The notes beneath the pieces were generated by a model that had not been told where the DNA came from, searched no databases, and saw nothing but the letters and a program-made list of their open reading frames with translations. From contig JBBRUX010000013.1 in assembly GCA_038247415.1 (NCBI GenBank), forward strand, positions 1 through 64,000: a stretch of DNA of 64,000 nt, read 5' to 3'. Made by a program: the position numbers and the translations under genes. The DNA comes from Chitinivibrionales bacterium. Lineage in GTDB: Bacteria; Fibrobacterota; Chitinivibrionia; Chitinivibrionales; WJKA01. Shown here in pieces: positions 39,122 to 49,236 of the stretch; the stretch's first letter is position 1, and each line of letters opens with the position of its first letter.

Positions 39122-40149
39122 GCGAGACCCTTTTCTATCGAAGCAATCTGTTGCGAAAATGCTGAATATGCATCATCCACGCTTATATCTGCTACCGAAG
39201 CGCCTGGGGCAGCAACAAGTTCTAACGAAGGCGTCTTGTATGCTTTCCACCGAAGGAAATTTTCTCCTGCATCGGGGTACAATCCCGTAACGGGAATTGA
39301 AAAGGCAGCTGCTACATGCAAAAGCGAAGTGTCTGGTGTGAAAAAGGCTTTCATTTCCGATATGGCTGCCACTATCGTAAGAAAATCTGATTGAGGAAAT
39401 ACAAGCACCTGCTCACATTGTTTTCCTAAATCACGTACCCATGCACGGTGCTCCCCTGTTGCAAATAGAACAATTCGGATATGGGGAAATTGACGAATAA
39501 CTTTTTCGATCAAATTCTGATACTTTTTAAATGGCCACTGACGTGAAGGCTGTCCTGCACTGCAATTGATTCCTATCATAGGCTTGGTTTGAGCCGTGCA
39601 TCCAAGAATCTCATTTGCTTTTTGATGTAATTGGGGAGTTAAGCCGATTTGATAGGTGGCCATATATTTGTCAAGATCAATAGACAAAGCTGATTCAACC
39701 AGTTTTTGATTTCTCTTAACAATATGTATTCCATCTGGGTGACTAATCCGGTTAAAACATCCTAGTCGCTTTGTCTTATGCATGCCTGCTATCCTGCAAG
39801 ATTTACTACGACTAAACCGCGCAATAATCGACATTGTTGTGCTATTGCCTGGAGTAGTATCTATAACCCAATCATATTGATTTGCACGAATTGCAAAAAT
39901 CAATTTTATAATTGATAAAAATGAATTAAATCGGACCGAAAATATTTTTTGGATATGCACATTGTGGCGTATCACAATTTCATTGTATACGCTCGCTGCA
40001 ACAGCTATTTCAATGTTTGGATTGTACTCTTTAAGTGCCTTCAAGATCGGCGTTAAAACAATCATGTCCCCCAATTTTCCGGGGCGTAAAAAAAGAATGC
40101 GCTCGCCCTGGCAATTTGTCTTAGGCAGATGAGTCTTATTTTTTTTCAT
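39118..40149 (-). CDS. Glycosyltransferase family 9
   Basis: KLGDMIVLTP, RQWP, TPDTSLLHVAAAF. Confidence 0.88.
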   Translation of the reverse strand: MKKNKTHLPKTNCQGERILFLRPGKLGDMIVLTPILKALKEYNPNIEIAVAASVYNEIVIRHNVHIQKIFSVRFNSFLSIIKLIFAIRANQYDWVIDTTPGNSTTMSIIARFSRSKSCRIAGMHKTKRLGCFNRISHPDGIHIVKRNQKLVESALSIDLDKYMATYQIGLTPQLHQKANEILGCTAQTKPMIGINCSAGQPSRQWPFKKYQNLIEKVIRQFPHIRIVLFATGEHRAWVRDLGKQCEQVLVFPQSDFLTIVAAISEMKAFFTPDTSLLHVAAAFSIPVTGLYPDAGENFLRWKAYKTPSLELVAAPGASVADISVDDAYSAFSQQIASIEKGLA

Positions 40150-41170
40150 CTGTCAAACCTTTGCGAAGAACCTGGAGCACATCGTGTGGGGTTATAGTTC
40201 GAATGCATCGGCACAGTTCATTTTTTTGGCATTTTTTGCAATGGCTTTCTCCTTTGACAAGAAATACTGCAGATGCACCGAGAGGGGCCCAACGTGCAGG
40301 ATTGATAGGTGTAATGGGAGGAAATAATCCCACTGCAACTTTTCCAAACCAGGCAGCGCAATGCAGCGGTCCCGTGGAAGCGCTTATGAATGCGTCAACC
40401 GCTTTAAGATACTCTAAAAAGGCATCCAGATCCATTGCTCCTACCCTATCTTCAACTTCTGGAAACGCATCCAGTAAAGGCTGAATCTCAGTTTTTTCGG
40501 ATGCTACCCCCGTAATAGCAACATGATATCCATTATCCAAGAGTAGTGGCATGAGCTTCATGAAATTCTCAATCCCCCATTCTCGGCTTGATCCTTTTGA
40601 TTTTGGGTGCACCACCACAACAGGTTTTTTCTTTTCGATGCAAGCTGTTGCGGCCCCCGGTTTAAGAGGCATGTACTGTTCGATAATTTCTTTGCGAGTT
40701 GGAACCATTAGGTCCCACGTAGATTTAAGAAGAAAAAAATTGAGTTCACTCTCATGCAGGTTTGACTTTTTGCGTGAGAAAGAAACTCTCTTATTACATG
40801 TGAGCCAATGGTACCACCGGTGTGATGTCCCAATTCGATGCTTTATTCTAGCTTTTTTAGCTAAAAATGCTAAGCTCTTATTGGGCTTAACATGAATTAT
40901 CGTATCATATCGCTGCAAAGAATCTATCATCAGGGTTGTATTGTCGGGATCCCAAAGAAGAATTTCATCGACACAAGGAGATTGATTTACAACTGCACGG
41001 GTATACGATCTGCACAAAAAGCCAATCTTGCACTGCGGGAACTGCTTTTTAAGATACGCAGCAAGAGGGAGCGTTACAACAACATCCCCTATGCCATCGG
41101 TACGACTAATGAGAATACTTTGAGGATGGCTTTTATGTGGGCTTTTTGGTAAGTTCACGAAGTTTCGCAT
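40136..41170 (-). CDS. Glycosyltransferase family 9
   Basis: SRTDGIGDVVVTLP, HPKSKGSSREW, ASTGPLHCAA. Confidence 0.9.
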   Translation of the reverse strand: MRNFVNLPKSPHKSHPQSILISRTDGIGDVVVTLPLAAYLKKQFPQCKIGFLCRSYTRAVVNQSPCVDEILLWDPDNTTLMIDSLQRYDTIIHVKPNKSLAFLAKKARIKHRIGTSHRWYHWLTCNKRVSFSRKKSNLHESELNFFLLKSTWDLMVPTRKEIIEQYMPLKPGAATACIEKKKPVVVVHPKSKGSSREWGIENFMKLMPLLLDNGYHVAITGVASEKTEIQPLLDAFPEVEDRVGAMDLDAFLEYLKAVDAFISASTGPLHCAAWFGKVAVGLFPPITPINPARWAPLGASAVFLVKGESHCKKCQKNELCRCIRTITPHDVLQVLRKGLTDEKK

Positions 41171-41894
41171 ATTTTAGAAATGTGGCAAACGACGAAATGA
41201 GGGCTATAACAAAGCCATGGTATCCGTCCAAAAAGCCCTGTTTAAGAAAAAAATCATTAGCAAACTTCCACAGAGAGCGCATGATAACAGAAAACATCGC
41301 TGATTTCTTTCCCCTTTCGCACGCTGATTGAGCAGTAAGATTAGTAAATGCATTTGCCTGCGCAACATGCTGCGCTATAGAGTCATATGAATAATGCTCT
41401 ATATCCCCGTCAAGCCGACTTGTTTTTGATCCACTTGCAAGGACCACTTCTTCATGAATCAAGGCATGGTTCCAAAGCCCTTTAGTTTTATCCCAAAGGC
41501 GCAGTTTTCTATCGGGGTACCATCCCCCATGACGAATCCATGTACCACAATAATTAGTTAAGCGATTACAAACAAATCCGTCTGAGTCACTACTATTTTT
41601 TATATTCTTAATTGACTTAATTAGTTCTGGCGACAACACTTCATCTGCATCAAGTGATACAATCCATTTGTTTTTAGCAAGACTTATCCCAAAATTTTTC
41701 TGTTGCCCATAACCATCAAAAACACGCTCTACAAATTTTACTTGTGAATATGCAGTGCAAAGAGCTTTTGTTGCATCTGTGGAGAAAGAATCCACAACGA
41801 TGATTTCATCCGCAACAGTAAGCACCGATTGGATACAGCGCTTAATATCCGATTCTTCGTTATGCGTAATAATTACTGCTGAAACAGGATCCAT
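41133..41894 (-). CDS. GT2 LPS beta-glucosyltransferase (KdtX/WaaE-like)
   Basis: SAVIITHNEE, VDSFSTDAT, LDADE, GWYPD, GFLDGYHG. Confidence 0.9.
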   Translation of the reverse strand: MDPVSAVIITHNEESDIKRCIQSVLTVADEIIVVDSFSTDATKALCTAYSQVKFVERVFDGYGQQKNFGISLAKNKWIVSLDADEVLSPELIKSIKNIKNSSDSDGFVCNRLTNYCGTWIRHGGWYPDRKLRLWDKTKGLWNHALIHEEVVLASGSKTSRLDGDIEHYSYDSIAQHVAQANAFTNLTAQSACERGKKSAMFSVIMRSLWKFANDFFLKQGFLDGYHGFVIALISSFATFLKYAKLRELTKKPT

Positions 41895-42005
41895 TTAATT
41901 AGGCTTTCTTCGGTTTCCTAAAAAGATTGTGGCTATAAATAATTCTAGAAAGTAAGAAAATACATACTATTTTCTTTAAAGACCCATTTTACCATCTAGG
42001 AATAT

Positions 42006-43061
42006 ATGAATAAGCTCTCCCTTAAAATTGCAAAATATTACTGGACCTATCTCGATTCGCTATGCCATCGATTAAAAAAGACCTCTACCGCATCAAACAA
42101 AATACTCTTGTGCCGATCGGATGGCCTTGGTGACTTTTTTTTGCTGGTTCCATTTCTACAGCAACTTACTCTGCGTAATTATTCAATAGTCTGCGCTGGC
42201 CCAGCTCTTAATAAGGAAATTATTGATTATCTCTCGCTTAACGTTGAATACATCTCTCAGGAAAACCACTCCGTGAAAGCATTTATGGCAACCATGGAGC
42301 GCATTAATCAGCATACATATGCGTATGCCTTTAATCTGAGTATGAATATCTGGGGCGGGTTTATCGTCAACCAATCTCGCGCGGTCCGCAAAATTGGTCT
42401 TTTGCAAGAGCGCGAGCAGTACGTTTACAAAGGAGCCAGTCTCTTTTACCATAAAACTTTTTCGTATCCTGCACACACTCACTCATTTACGGTGCTCAAC
42501 ACTCTCTTTGCCGACACCCTTACGATTGCGCCCATTATCCCCACAATCTCAAAAAGCTCCACATCTCAAGGGACAATACTCTTACACCCCTTTGCCCGAT
42601 GGAAACCTCGTCAATGGCCCCATTTTGATGCATTTGCAAGAAAACTCATTGACAATGGACATACCATAGCTATTTTGGGGACCACGCAGGAGTGCTCTTT
42701 ACATTCATGGGTTGAAACGATCGCGGAAAATACCAACTGCACCGTTATTGCCGCTCAAAACATATCAGACCTTTTAAAAGTGATCGATTCCTGTTCTGTA
42801 TTTATCGGGAACGATTCCGGACCAGCCCACTACGCTGCCCTCATTGGAAAACCCACACTTGTTGTTTGGGGCCCCGGATTTCTAGAACGAATTCAACCGC
42901 TTGGGCCAAAAGTTACAATATGCAGTATCCCCATTGCGTGCAGACCATGCAGGCAGAAAGGGAATGTTTGCAGCAAGGGAATTAATAGCTGTTTAGAAGA
43001 TTTGACTGTAGAGAAGGTGTGGGAGGCGTTTAGGGATGTGGAGATGGAATCAAATCTTTAA
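42006..43061 (+). CDS. Glycosyltransferase family 9
   Basis: DGLGDF, HPFARWKPRQWP, GNDSGPAHYAA. Confidence 0.85.
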   Translation: MNKLSLKIAKYYWTYLDSLCHRLKKTSTASNKILLCRSDGLGDFFLLVPFLQQLTLRNYSIVCAGPALNKEIIDYLSLNVEYISQENHSVKAFMATMERINQHTYAYAFNLSMNIWGGFIVNQSRAVRKIGLLQEREQYVYKGASLFYHKTFSYPAHTHSFTVLNTLFADTLTIAPIIPTISKSSTSQGTILLHPFARWKPRQWPHFDAFARKLIDNGHTIAILGTTQECSLHSWVETIAENTNCTVIAAQNISDLLKVIDSCSVFIGNDSGPAHYAALIGKPTLVVWGPGFLERIQPLGPKVTICSIPIACRPCRQKGNVCSKGINSCLEDLTVEKVWEAFRDVEMESNL

Positions 43062-43146
43062 GTTAAGAGATTTTTAAAACATTAGCGTTTGTATTTAATT
43101 TGAAAGTCGAAAAGCCAAAAGATCAAATCTCCTCAACAATATTCAT

Positions 43147-43866
43147 TTAGCTGCTTTTATTTGCTTTATGCTGTTCCTTTATGCTTGACTTATAATATCC
43201 AAATTTAGAGCCCTGGAAAGTAATCATCGGATGCGACCAATACACATTGAGCTTTAGCATTGGCTGCAAATAGTTTAATTCCCAGTCGATTGGCAAGTGA
43301 AATGGAAAACCATTTTGAACCAGAGCTTGTGCAGCTCGAGCTGAGACCATATACGAATCGGTAAATCTGCTCTGACTTTTCTTGTTTTTAAAAATGTATT
43401 TTTTGCCAAGTATATTTTGAATTCTGTCATATCCTGTCATCGGAGCTGGTCTTCGGCCACATCCTTTTCCAAAATAAAATATATCACAATCTGTGGGTAA
43501 TTCGGCTGTAAAGCAATTAAAAAGCTGTTTAAAGTGTTTTTTAAAAATTACATCATCTTCAAATATAACAGCATTCGCAACTCCACTAGACACGATGCGG
43601 CGATAACACTCAAAATGCTGCAAGGTTACCTCAATCTCAGCTTTACTCAGCGTGCTGGTCTGTTTTACTCCATATTTAGAAAAATCAGTAGCATTGCGCT
43701 GAGCAAGCGCTTCCTGCGATGCATCATACACTTCATTCATTGTATAGAGCGAGATATCGTGTTCCGTTACCCATTCGATGTCATTAAACCCAAGCTCTGC
43801 AAAAGCCGATTCGAGATAGACTCGTCTTTCTTTTAATGGCGTGTAATGACAGATAAAGGTTTTTAT
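43147..43866 (-). CDS. Glycosyltransferase family 25-like, apparent ATA start
   Basis: The frame extends 42 codons upstream of ATG 43740 (IKTFICHYTPLKERR...); IFEDDV, TDSYMVS, PIDWELN. Confidence 0.75.
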   Translation of the reverse strand: MKTFICHYTPLKERRVYLESAFAELGFNDIEWVTEHDISLYTMNEVYDASQEALAQRNATDFSKYGVKQTSTLSKAEIEVTLQHFECYRRIVSSGVANAVIFEDDVIFKKHFKQLFNCFTAELPTDCDIFYFGKGCGRRPAPMTGYDRIQNILGKKYIFKNKKSQSRFTDSYMVSARAAQALVQNGFPFHLPIDWELNYLQPMLKLNVYWSHPMITFQGSKFGYYKSSIKEQHKANKSS

Positions 43867-43947
43867 GGGGAATCCTTAACTAAGTAAAAGTTTCAGATTT
43901 AGTAAAAAATGCTTAACAAACATCAGTACCCACCATATATTTTTAAC

Positions 43948-45120
43948 CTAGCTGCTCTTTCTAACCTTTTCTAAAGCCTTCATATATCCCGCATAAGTAA
44001 GTTCAGCTGTCCGTTTCCACGAATACTCCCCAGCTCTTTTTAATCCTTTTTCCCTTAACTCAATTCTCAATTCTGCATTATCAATAAGCTTAATCATCCC
44101 ATCCCTCATTGAGTCAAAATCATACGGATCGACCATGATGGCAGCGCCGTCGGCAATTTCTGTCATTGAGCTTGTTCGCGAAGTTGCAACGGGACAACCG
44201 CAGGCCATTGCCTCTATAATAGGCAATCCAAAACCTTCAAAAAAAGAATAGAAAACAAAACCATGCGCATTGTTATAAAAATTTACAAGATCGTTATTTT
44301 CAACATTGGTGAGAATTGGCATTCTCGCTTTAAATTTCGATTGTTCATGGGCTGATAAAAATGAATCGGTATACGGTGATTTGCTTACCTGTCCTATAAA
44401 AACGAGCTGAAATTCAGGATATCGTTCTGCAATTGATTCAAATATTCTAAGCATGCCAAGAATATTTTTGCGATCCTGAAGCTGACCAACATACAGCAAA
44501 TAAGGCCGATTAGTTTCAAGCAAACCGTACTTTTTAAGAAAAACGCGATTCCTTTCTCGTACACAAAAGCTTGGATGAGCAGCCAAAGGAACTGTCATTG
44601 TTTTAGAAGCTGCATCCGGATAGTATGTTTCAATTTCTGATTGTGTGAATTTAGAATCTGCAAATATCGCTTGTGATTTTCTCATGACAATAGCCATTAG
44701 ACTTTTGAATTTATCACGTGATTTTTGTGAAACCCAATCATTTATCTTTAAGGGAATTAAATCATGCACAGTTGTGACAACCCTTGGCAAGCGTTCTGGA
44801 AAAAATGTCGGAACTGTCGAATGAAATAAATTATATTGACTAGCAGCAATTCTTTCGAACCCATACGATATAGCATTGTTCAATGACATGACGCCTTTTC
44901 CTAAAAGCAATGGATTAGGAAGAGTGTTTTTAATGACAATATTCGGATTTTCTCCACACAGTTGCAGACATACTTTTTTTTTCATCCAATAAGTTAATAA
45001 CTGAAATTCATCGTGGGGATAAGACTCTCCCAAGGCATTTATAAGTTCAGTACCATAGGTTTTAATTCCACATACCGGGAGACAGCCTAGTGCATAGGCA
45101 TCAAATGCTACACGCATCAT
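43948..45120 (-). CDS. Glycosyltransferase family 4 (MtfB-like)
   Basis: TVHDLIP, RKNI, EGFGLPIIEAMACG. Confidence 0.9.
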   Translation of the reverse strand: MMRVAFDAYALGCLPVCGIKTYGTELINALGESYPHDEFQLLTYWMKKKVCLQLCGENPNIVIKNTLPNPLLLGKGVMSLNNAISYGFERIAASQYNLFHSTVPTFFPERLPRVVTTVHDLIPLKINDWVSQKSRDKFKSLMAIVMRKSQAIFADSKFTQSEIETYYPDAASKTMTVPLAAHPSFCVRERNRVFLKKYGLLETNRPYLLYVGQLQDRKNILGMLRIFESIAERYPEFQLVFIGQVSKSPYTDSFLSAHEQSKFKARMPILTNVENNDLVNFYNNAHGFVFYSFFEGFGLPIIEAMACGCPVATSRTSSMTEIADGAAIMVDPYDFDSMRDGMIKLIDNAELRIELREKGLKRAGEYSWKRTAELTYAGYMKALEKVRKSS

Positions 45121-46306
45121 TATTGCATTCCTGTTCTAATACTTTTTGATAGCCATTATATGTTAGTTCTGCAGTACGCTTCCATGAATATTCTGCTGCC
45201 CGAAGCAAACCGTTTTCCTGAATTTGCAAGCGCGCACTTTTATCAAGAATTAATGTTTGCATCCCATGGTTTATTGATTCTTGACTATAGGGATCTATCA
45301 TAAAAGCTGCTCCTCGAGCTATTTCACTCATAGAACTTGTATCCGATGCAACAACAGGGCATCCGCATGCCATCGCTTCTATTATTGGCAATCCAAAACC
45401 CTCGAAATAGGAACAATATGCCATGCCAAGGGCATTGTTATAAAAATGCACAAGATCATTATTTGATACATTAGAAATTATTTTGATTCGATTCGAATAT
45501 GGAGATGTTGCGATGTGATTGAGCACAGTATTTACATATTCACTCTGCCGAAAGCTTCCAATAAAATAATAGTGAAGGTCCGGCATTGTATGAGCAACAG
45601 ATTCAAATGCTTTGATCATTGAAAGTGGGTTTTTGCGCTGGTGAATTTCGCCCACCGTTACAAGATACGGTCTTTCTATTTCGTCAATTCCAAACTTCCT
45701 TAAAAACAAACGGCTCGGTTCTTTGACACTAAACATCGGATCTGCTGCAAGCGGGGCAACAACCGTCTTCTGCTCAGCTCCCGGAAAAAATTGGGCTATT
45801 TCTTTTTTTGTAAATTCGGAACTTGCGAATAACAGAATCGACTTGTGGATTATCAAATGTATGCGATTTCGGAAATCTTTTTTTACATGGTCTGAAACCC
45901 ATGGCTCTTCGTGCAAAGCAATCAGATCATGAATTGTCGTAATAACGCGCGGCATTGCTGAAGGAAAATTGATAGGATTAGTACAATGAAATAAGTCACA
46001 CGATCGTGCAATCTGCTTTTCAAATATCGAATGCCCAGCCTTCACCAACCATTTTAATTGCTTCCCAAGAATTTTTGCATGTGGCAACATGCTCTTGACG
46101 GTAAATACAGATGAATTATTGAAGATTGCTTGTGTTCTTTTTTTTCTTCGCCAATATGAAATCAGCTGCCATTGATCTTGTGGTGCAAGTTCTGCCAATG
46201 CTTTAATAATTTCGATAGTATAGGTTCTATTTCCATTCCCTCCCGAAGTTTCAAGATTATAGGTATCAAAAGCTATTTTCATATAGAACACCCATCTTAG
46301 ATGCAT
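45101..46306 (-). CDS. Glycosyltransferase family 4 (MtfB-like)
   Basis: TIHDLIA, RKNP, EGFGLPIIEAMACG. Confidence 0.9.
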   Translation of the reverse strand: MHLRWVFYMKIAFDTYNLETSGGNGNRTYTIEIIKALAELAPQDQWQLISYWRRKKRTQAIFNNSSVFTVKSMLPHAKILGKQLKWLVKAGHSIFEKQIARSCDLFHCTNPINFPSAMPRVITTIHDLIALHEEPWVSDHVKKDFRNRIHLIIHKSILLFASSEFTKKEIAQFFPGAEQKTVVAPLAADPMFSVKEPSRLFLRKFGIDEIERPYLVTVGEIHQRKNPLSMIKAFESVAHTMPDLHYYFIGSFRQSEYVNTVLNHIATSPYSNRIKIISNVSNNDLVHFYNNALGMAYCSYFEGFGLPIIEAMACGCPVVASDTSSMSEIARGAAFMIDPYSQESINHGMQTLILDKSARLQIQENGLLRAAEYSWKRTAELTYNGYQKVLEQECNNDACSI

Positions 46307-46420
46307 GATTTAAATTTACCAACGAAAGTTAGACAAAAGAAAATAATTTTTGGCCATTTTATATAAAACAAGTATTTTCTTTATAGATTTTTCTTTTGAC
46401 CCTACAAATAAAGGTTTTCA

Positions 46421-47572
46421 ATGAAAATTGGCTTTGATCCTGTTCAACTAGGCGGCAATTTTGGTAACAGCACGTACACTACCGAGCTTGTGAAATCCTT
46501 AGCTCAACAATTTCCAGAGAATCAGTATCTTATTCCAACCTACCTCGAACGAGGAAAGATATCGCAATCCATCTTTAAAGGACAGCCATCCGTTGGTATT
46601 TTGCCGATTATCCCCAATCCAAAAATGCTCGGAAATCCTTTTAAGAAAAAGCTTACCGCCCTTGGTAAGTCAATCGAACTTAAGACTGCAAAAAAGCATT
46701 ACGACCTTTACCATTGCACGAACCCACTTCTTTTCAACGATTGCGGAAAGCCCTCAATAATTACGATTCACGACTTGATCCCCATGATTAATGAACCTAG
46801 CTGGGCGGACTCACGAGAAAGAAATTTCTATCGGGAGAACTGTGCAGATATATTAAAAAAATGCACAAAGATTATCGCAGACTCAGAATACACTAAAAAG
46901 GTTCTCATTGAATTTTTTCCTTGGTCAGCAGACAGGATTGTAGCAATACCCCTTTCTGCTGCTCCACAATTTACTAAAAGACAATGCACGCGCAATTCAC
47001 TTGATAAATACCCATTTTTCAATTCAGGCAAATCCTTTATCCTCTCAGTTGGCGTTTTCTCAGAACGAAAAAATATTCCCTTTTTACTCGATTCATTTGT
47101 GGCATTGCCAAAAAGCCTGCGCGAAGGAATAAACATTGTTCTCACTGGAAACAGGCCTAAAAACAAACTGTACCCGCCAATTCTTGCGCGCATTAAGAAA
47201 AACAACCTTGAAAAACAGGTCTTTCTTGTGCATAACATACCTCAGGAAGACTTAATAGCCCTTTACAACAATGCACTATGTCTCGTATTTCCATCTCTCT
47301 ATGAAGGATTCGGGCTGCCTCTTTTGGAAGCTATGTCATGCGGTTGCCCAGTGATTTCATCAAACGCTACCTCATTGCCCGAAGTTGGCGAAGATGCCGC
47401 GCTTTATTTTGACCCTCGTTCGCAAGAATCATGTTCCTCTGTTCTAGAAAAACTCATTGCAAGTAAAGAAATACAAAAGACAATGGCAGAAAAAGGCTTA
47501 CAACAAGCAGAAAAATTTTCCTGGCACGAAACAGCCAAATTTACATTCAAAACCTATAGAGATCTTTTTTAA
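46421..47572 (+). CDS. Glycosyltransferase family 4 (MtfB-like)
   Basis: TIHDLIP, ERKNI, PSLYEGFGLPLLEAMSCG. Confidence 0.9.
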   Translation: MKIGFDPVQLGGNFGNSTYTTELVKSLAQQFPENQYLIPTYLERGKISQSIFKGQPSVGILPIIPNPKMLGNPFKKKLTALGKSIELKTAKKHYDLYHCTNPLLFNDCGKPSIITIHDLIPMINEPSWADSRERNFYRENCADILKKCTKIIADSEYTKKVLIEFFPWSADRIVAIPLSAAPQFTKRQCTRNSLDKYPFFNSGKSFILSVGVFSERKNIPFLLDSFVALPKSLREGINIVLTGNRPKNKLYPPILARIKKNNLEKQVFLVHNIPQEDLIALYNNALCLVFPSLYEGFGLPLLEAMSCGCPVISSNATSLPEVGEDAALYFDPRSQESCSSVLEKLIASKEIQKTMAEKGLQQAEKFSWHETAKFTFKTYRDLF

Positions 47573-47621
47573 GCTCGGGTCTGCCAGACATTACATCAAA
47601 CACAACTCAGATTTCTACAAA

Positions 47622-48419
47622 TCAATAATCTTTCTTATATACAGCCAACGTTGTATTCGATACATGATAAATTGGTAGTGCTGTAGAAATTTCATGCAAA
47701 TATCTGCAGACTCCTTCTGTAGGTAGGCAATTCAAAAGATAATCATGCCACAAGACTATTCCCCCAGGCTTTAGCATTTTAAAAGCTTTCTCGGAGTCAC
47801 TCTTTACATAGGAATATGCATGAGAACCATCAATAAATATCAGATCGCATTTGTTGTGATATTTTGTTTCATCAAAAGTTTTACTATCCCCAAAAATTTG
47901 TGTGATTTTCGGCTCCACATCTGTTCCTGAATAAACAAATGTCTCAAATGCGGATTCTCTCAACGCAAAACTGATTGCCTCTTTTGAATCGTATTTTTTA
48001 TTTGTATACTTCTCAACTTGATGAGGTGATAAAGTAATGGTGATAATGTGGGCATCCTGAGGAGAATTTCTCGCCATGTGATGCGTAGTTTTGCCCGTAC
48101 AAGTACCAAATTCGAATATAAAACTAGAATACTTTGACAATACTGAAATAATCCAAGCCTCCGAATCGCTTGTGCCCCCTGCTAAATTTGGCGTTCTATG
48201 AATAAACGATGCTTCACATTCAACTGAATATCCGAGATTACTTTGGGTGAAACAACTATGCACCTTTTCCAATACTATCTCTTGAATACGCGGGACGTTT
48301 GCAATCTTGGTTTTTCCAGAAAACCGATGTACTTTTTTTCGGTATCGGATAAATAGATTAAGTAGCACCCCAGATAAGAGCAAAAGCAACCCATTTGTTA
48401 CCCAGAGATATACCATCAC
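47622..48419 (-). CDS. Class I SAM-dependent methyltransferase with N-terminal TM
   Basis: FEFGTCTG, DLIFIDGSHAYSYVKSD, LKPGGIVLWHDY. Confidence 0.85.
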   Translation of the reverse strand: MMVYLWVTNGLLLLLSGVLLNLFIRYRKKVHRFSGKTKIANVPRIQEIVLEKVHSCFTQSNLGYSVECEASFIHRTPNLAGGTSDSEAWIISVLSKYSSFIFEFGTCTGKTTHHMARNSPQDAHIITITLSPHQVEKYTNKKYDSKEAISFALRESAFETFVYSGTDVEPKITQIFGDSKTFDETKYHNKCDLIFIDGSHAYSYVKSDSEKAFKMLKPGGIVLWHDYLLNCLPTEGVCRYLHEISTALPIYHVSNTTLAVYKKDY

Positions 48420-48483
48420 ACCGTTTTCCTTTTAAATATTGTAATGAAGCACTACCATAGTAACTTTATTTGAAAATTATCGT

Positions 48484-49155
48484 TTACAAACTATGAACCA
48501 TTGGTAATAACAATCGCTTAACAGCCCTTACAGGTGACATGTTTCCTTTTTGCCAATCACCTTTCCACGTCGAGACCATTTGATTATAAACCGGATCGGG
48601 CAGAGAAACACCGCGCATTGCAAAATTTTTTTTAAAATGAAGATAGCCAGCATCTGCAATGCTCTGAGCTTCCTTTAAATGATCAAGATAATAGGTGATT
48701 TTAGAAACAAGATCCGACAAATATTTTTTGCATTCAACATAATGAACCTCTGGCATTAGACCGCAATCTGCAAATGTAATTTCAGCAAGACTTTGAACGA
48801 TACAGAGCGATCTACATGAAAGACTTTCAAACAATCTAAATGTTAACGGGTTAAACCCATGTAATACCAGCGAAATTTTAGTATCTCCAAGAACCTGGAA
48901 ATATTTTTTCTGATCAAGTGTTAGTACTAATAAAGAGGCATCTAAATCTTGCATTTCGATTGACGTTTTAATAATGCCGCCCACAAGAGGCACCTGTGCC
49001 GTATTGAGGCATTTAAGGGCCTCTATACGACTAAATGGTCCGCGCCCTGTTGCAGCCCCATAAAAGCTTAGAGGAATCGTTCGTGTACACATCCATCTTC
49101 TTGATAAAAAGCTACTCTCGTAAATCTTAATACTCGCTCTTTCCCCAGCACACAA
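48484..49155 (-). CDS. Glycosyltransferase C-terminal (CgeB/Glyco_trans_1_2-like) domain protein, possibly N-truncated
   Basis: TFRLFESL, HYVEC...DLVSKITYYL...IADAG. Confidence 0.5.
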   Translation of the reverse strand: MCAGERASIKIYESSFLSRRWMCTRTIPLSFYGAATGRGPFSRIEALKCLNTAQVPLVGGIIKTSIEMQDLDASLLVLTLDQKKYFQVLGDTKISLVLHGFNPLTFRLFESLSCRSLCIVQSLAEITFADCGLMPEVHYVECKKYLSDLVSKITYYLDHLKEAQSIADAGYLHFKKNFAMRGVSLPDPVYNQMVSTWKGDWQKGNMSPVRAVKRLLLPMVHSL

Positions 49156-49236
49156 TTTTCTGATAACAAATACACACTTCGAAAATTTCTAAAAGACGAT
49201 AAACGCCCGATCAACCCTCGCAGAATCACCCTTACA

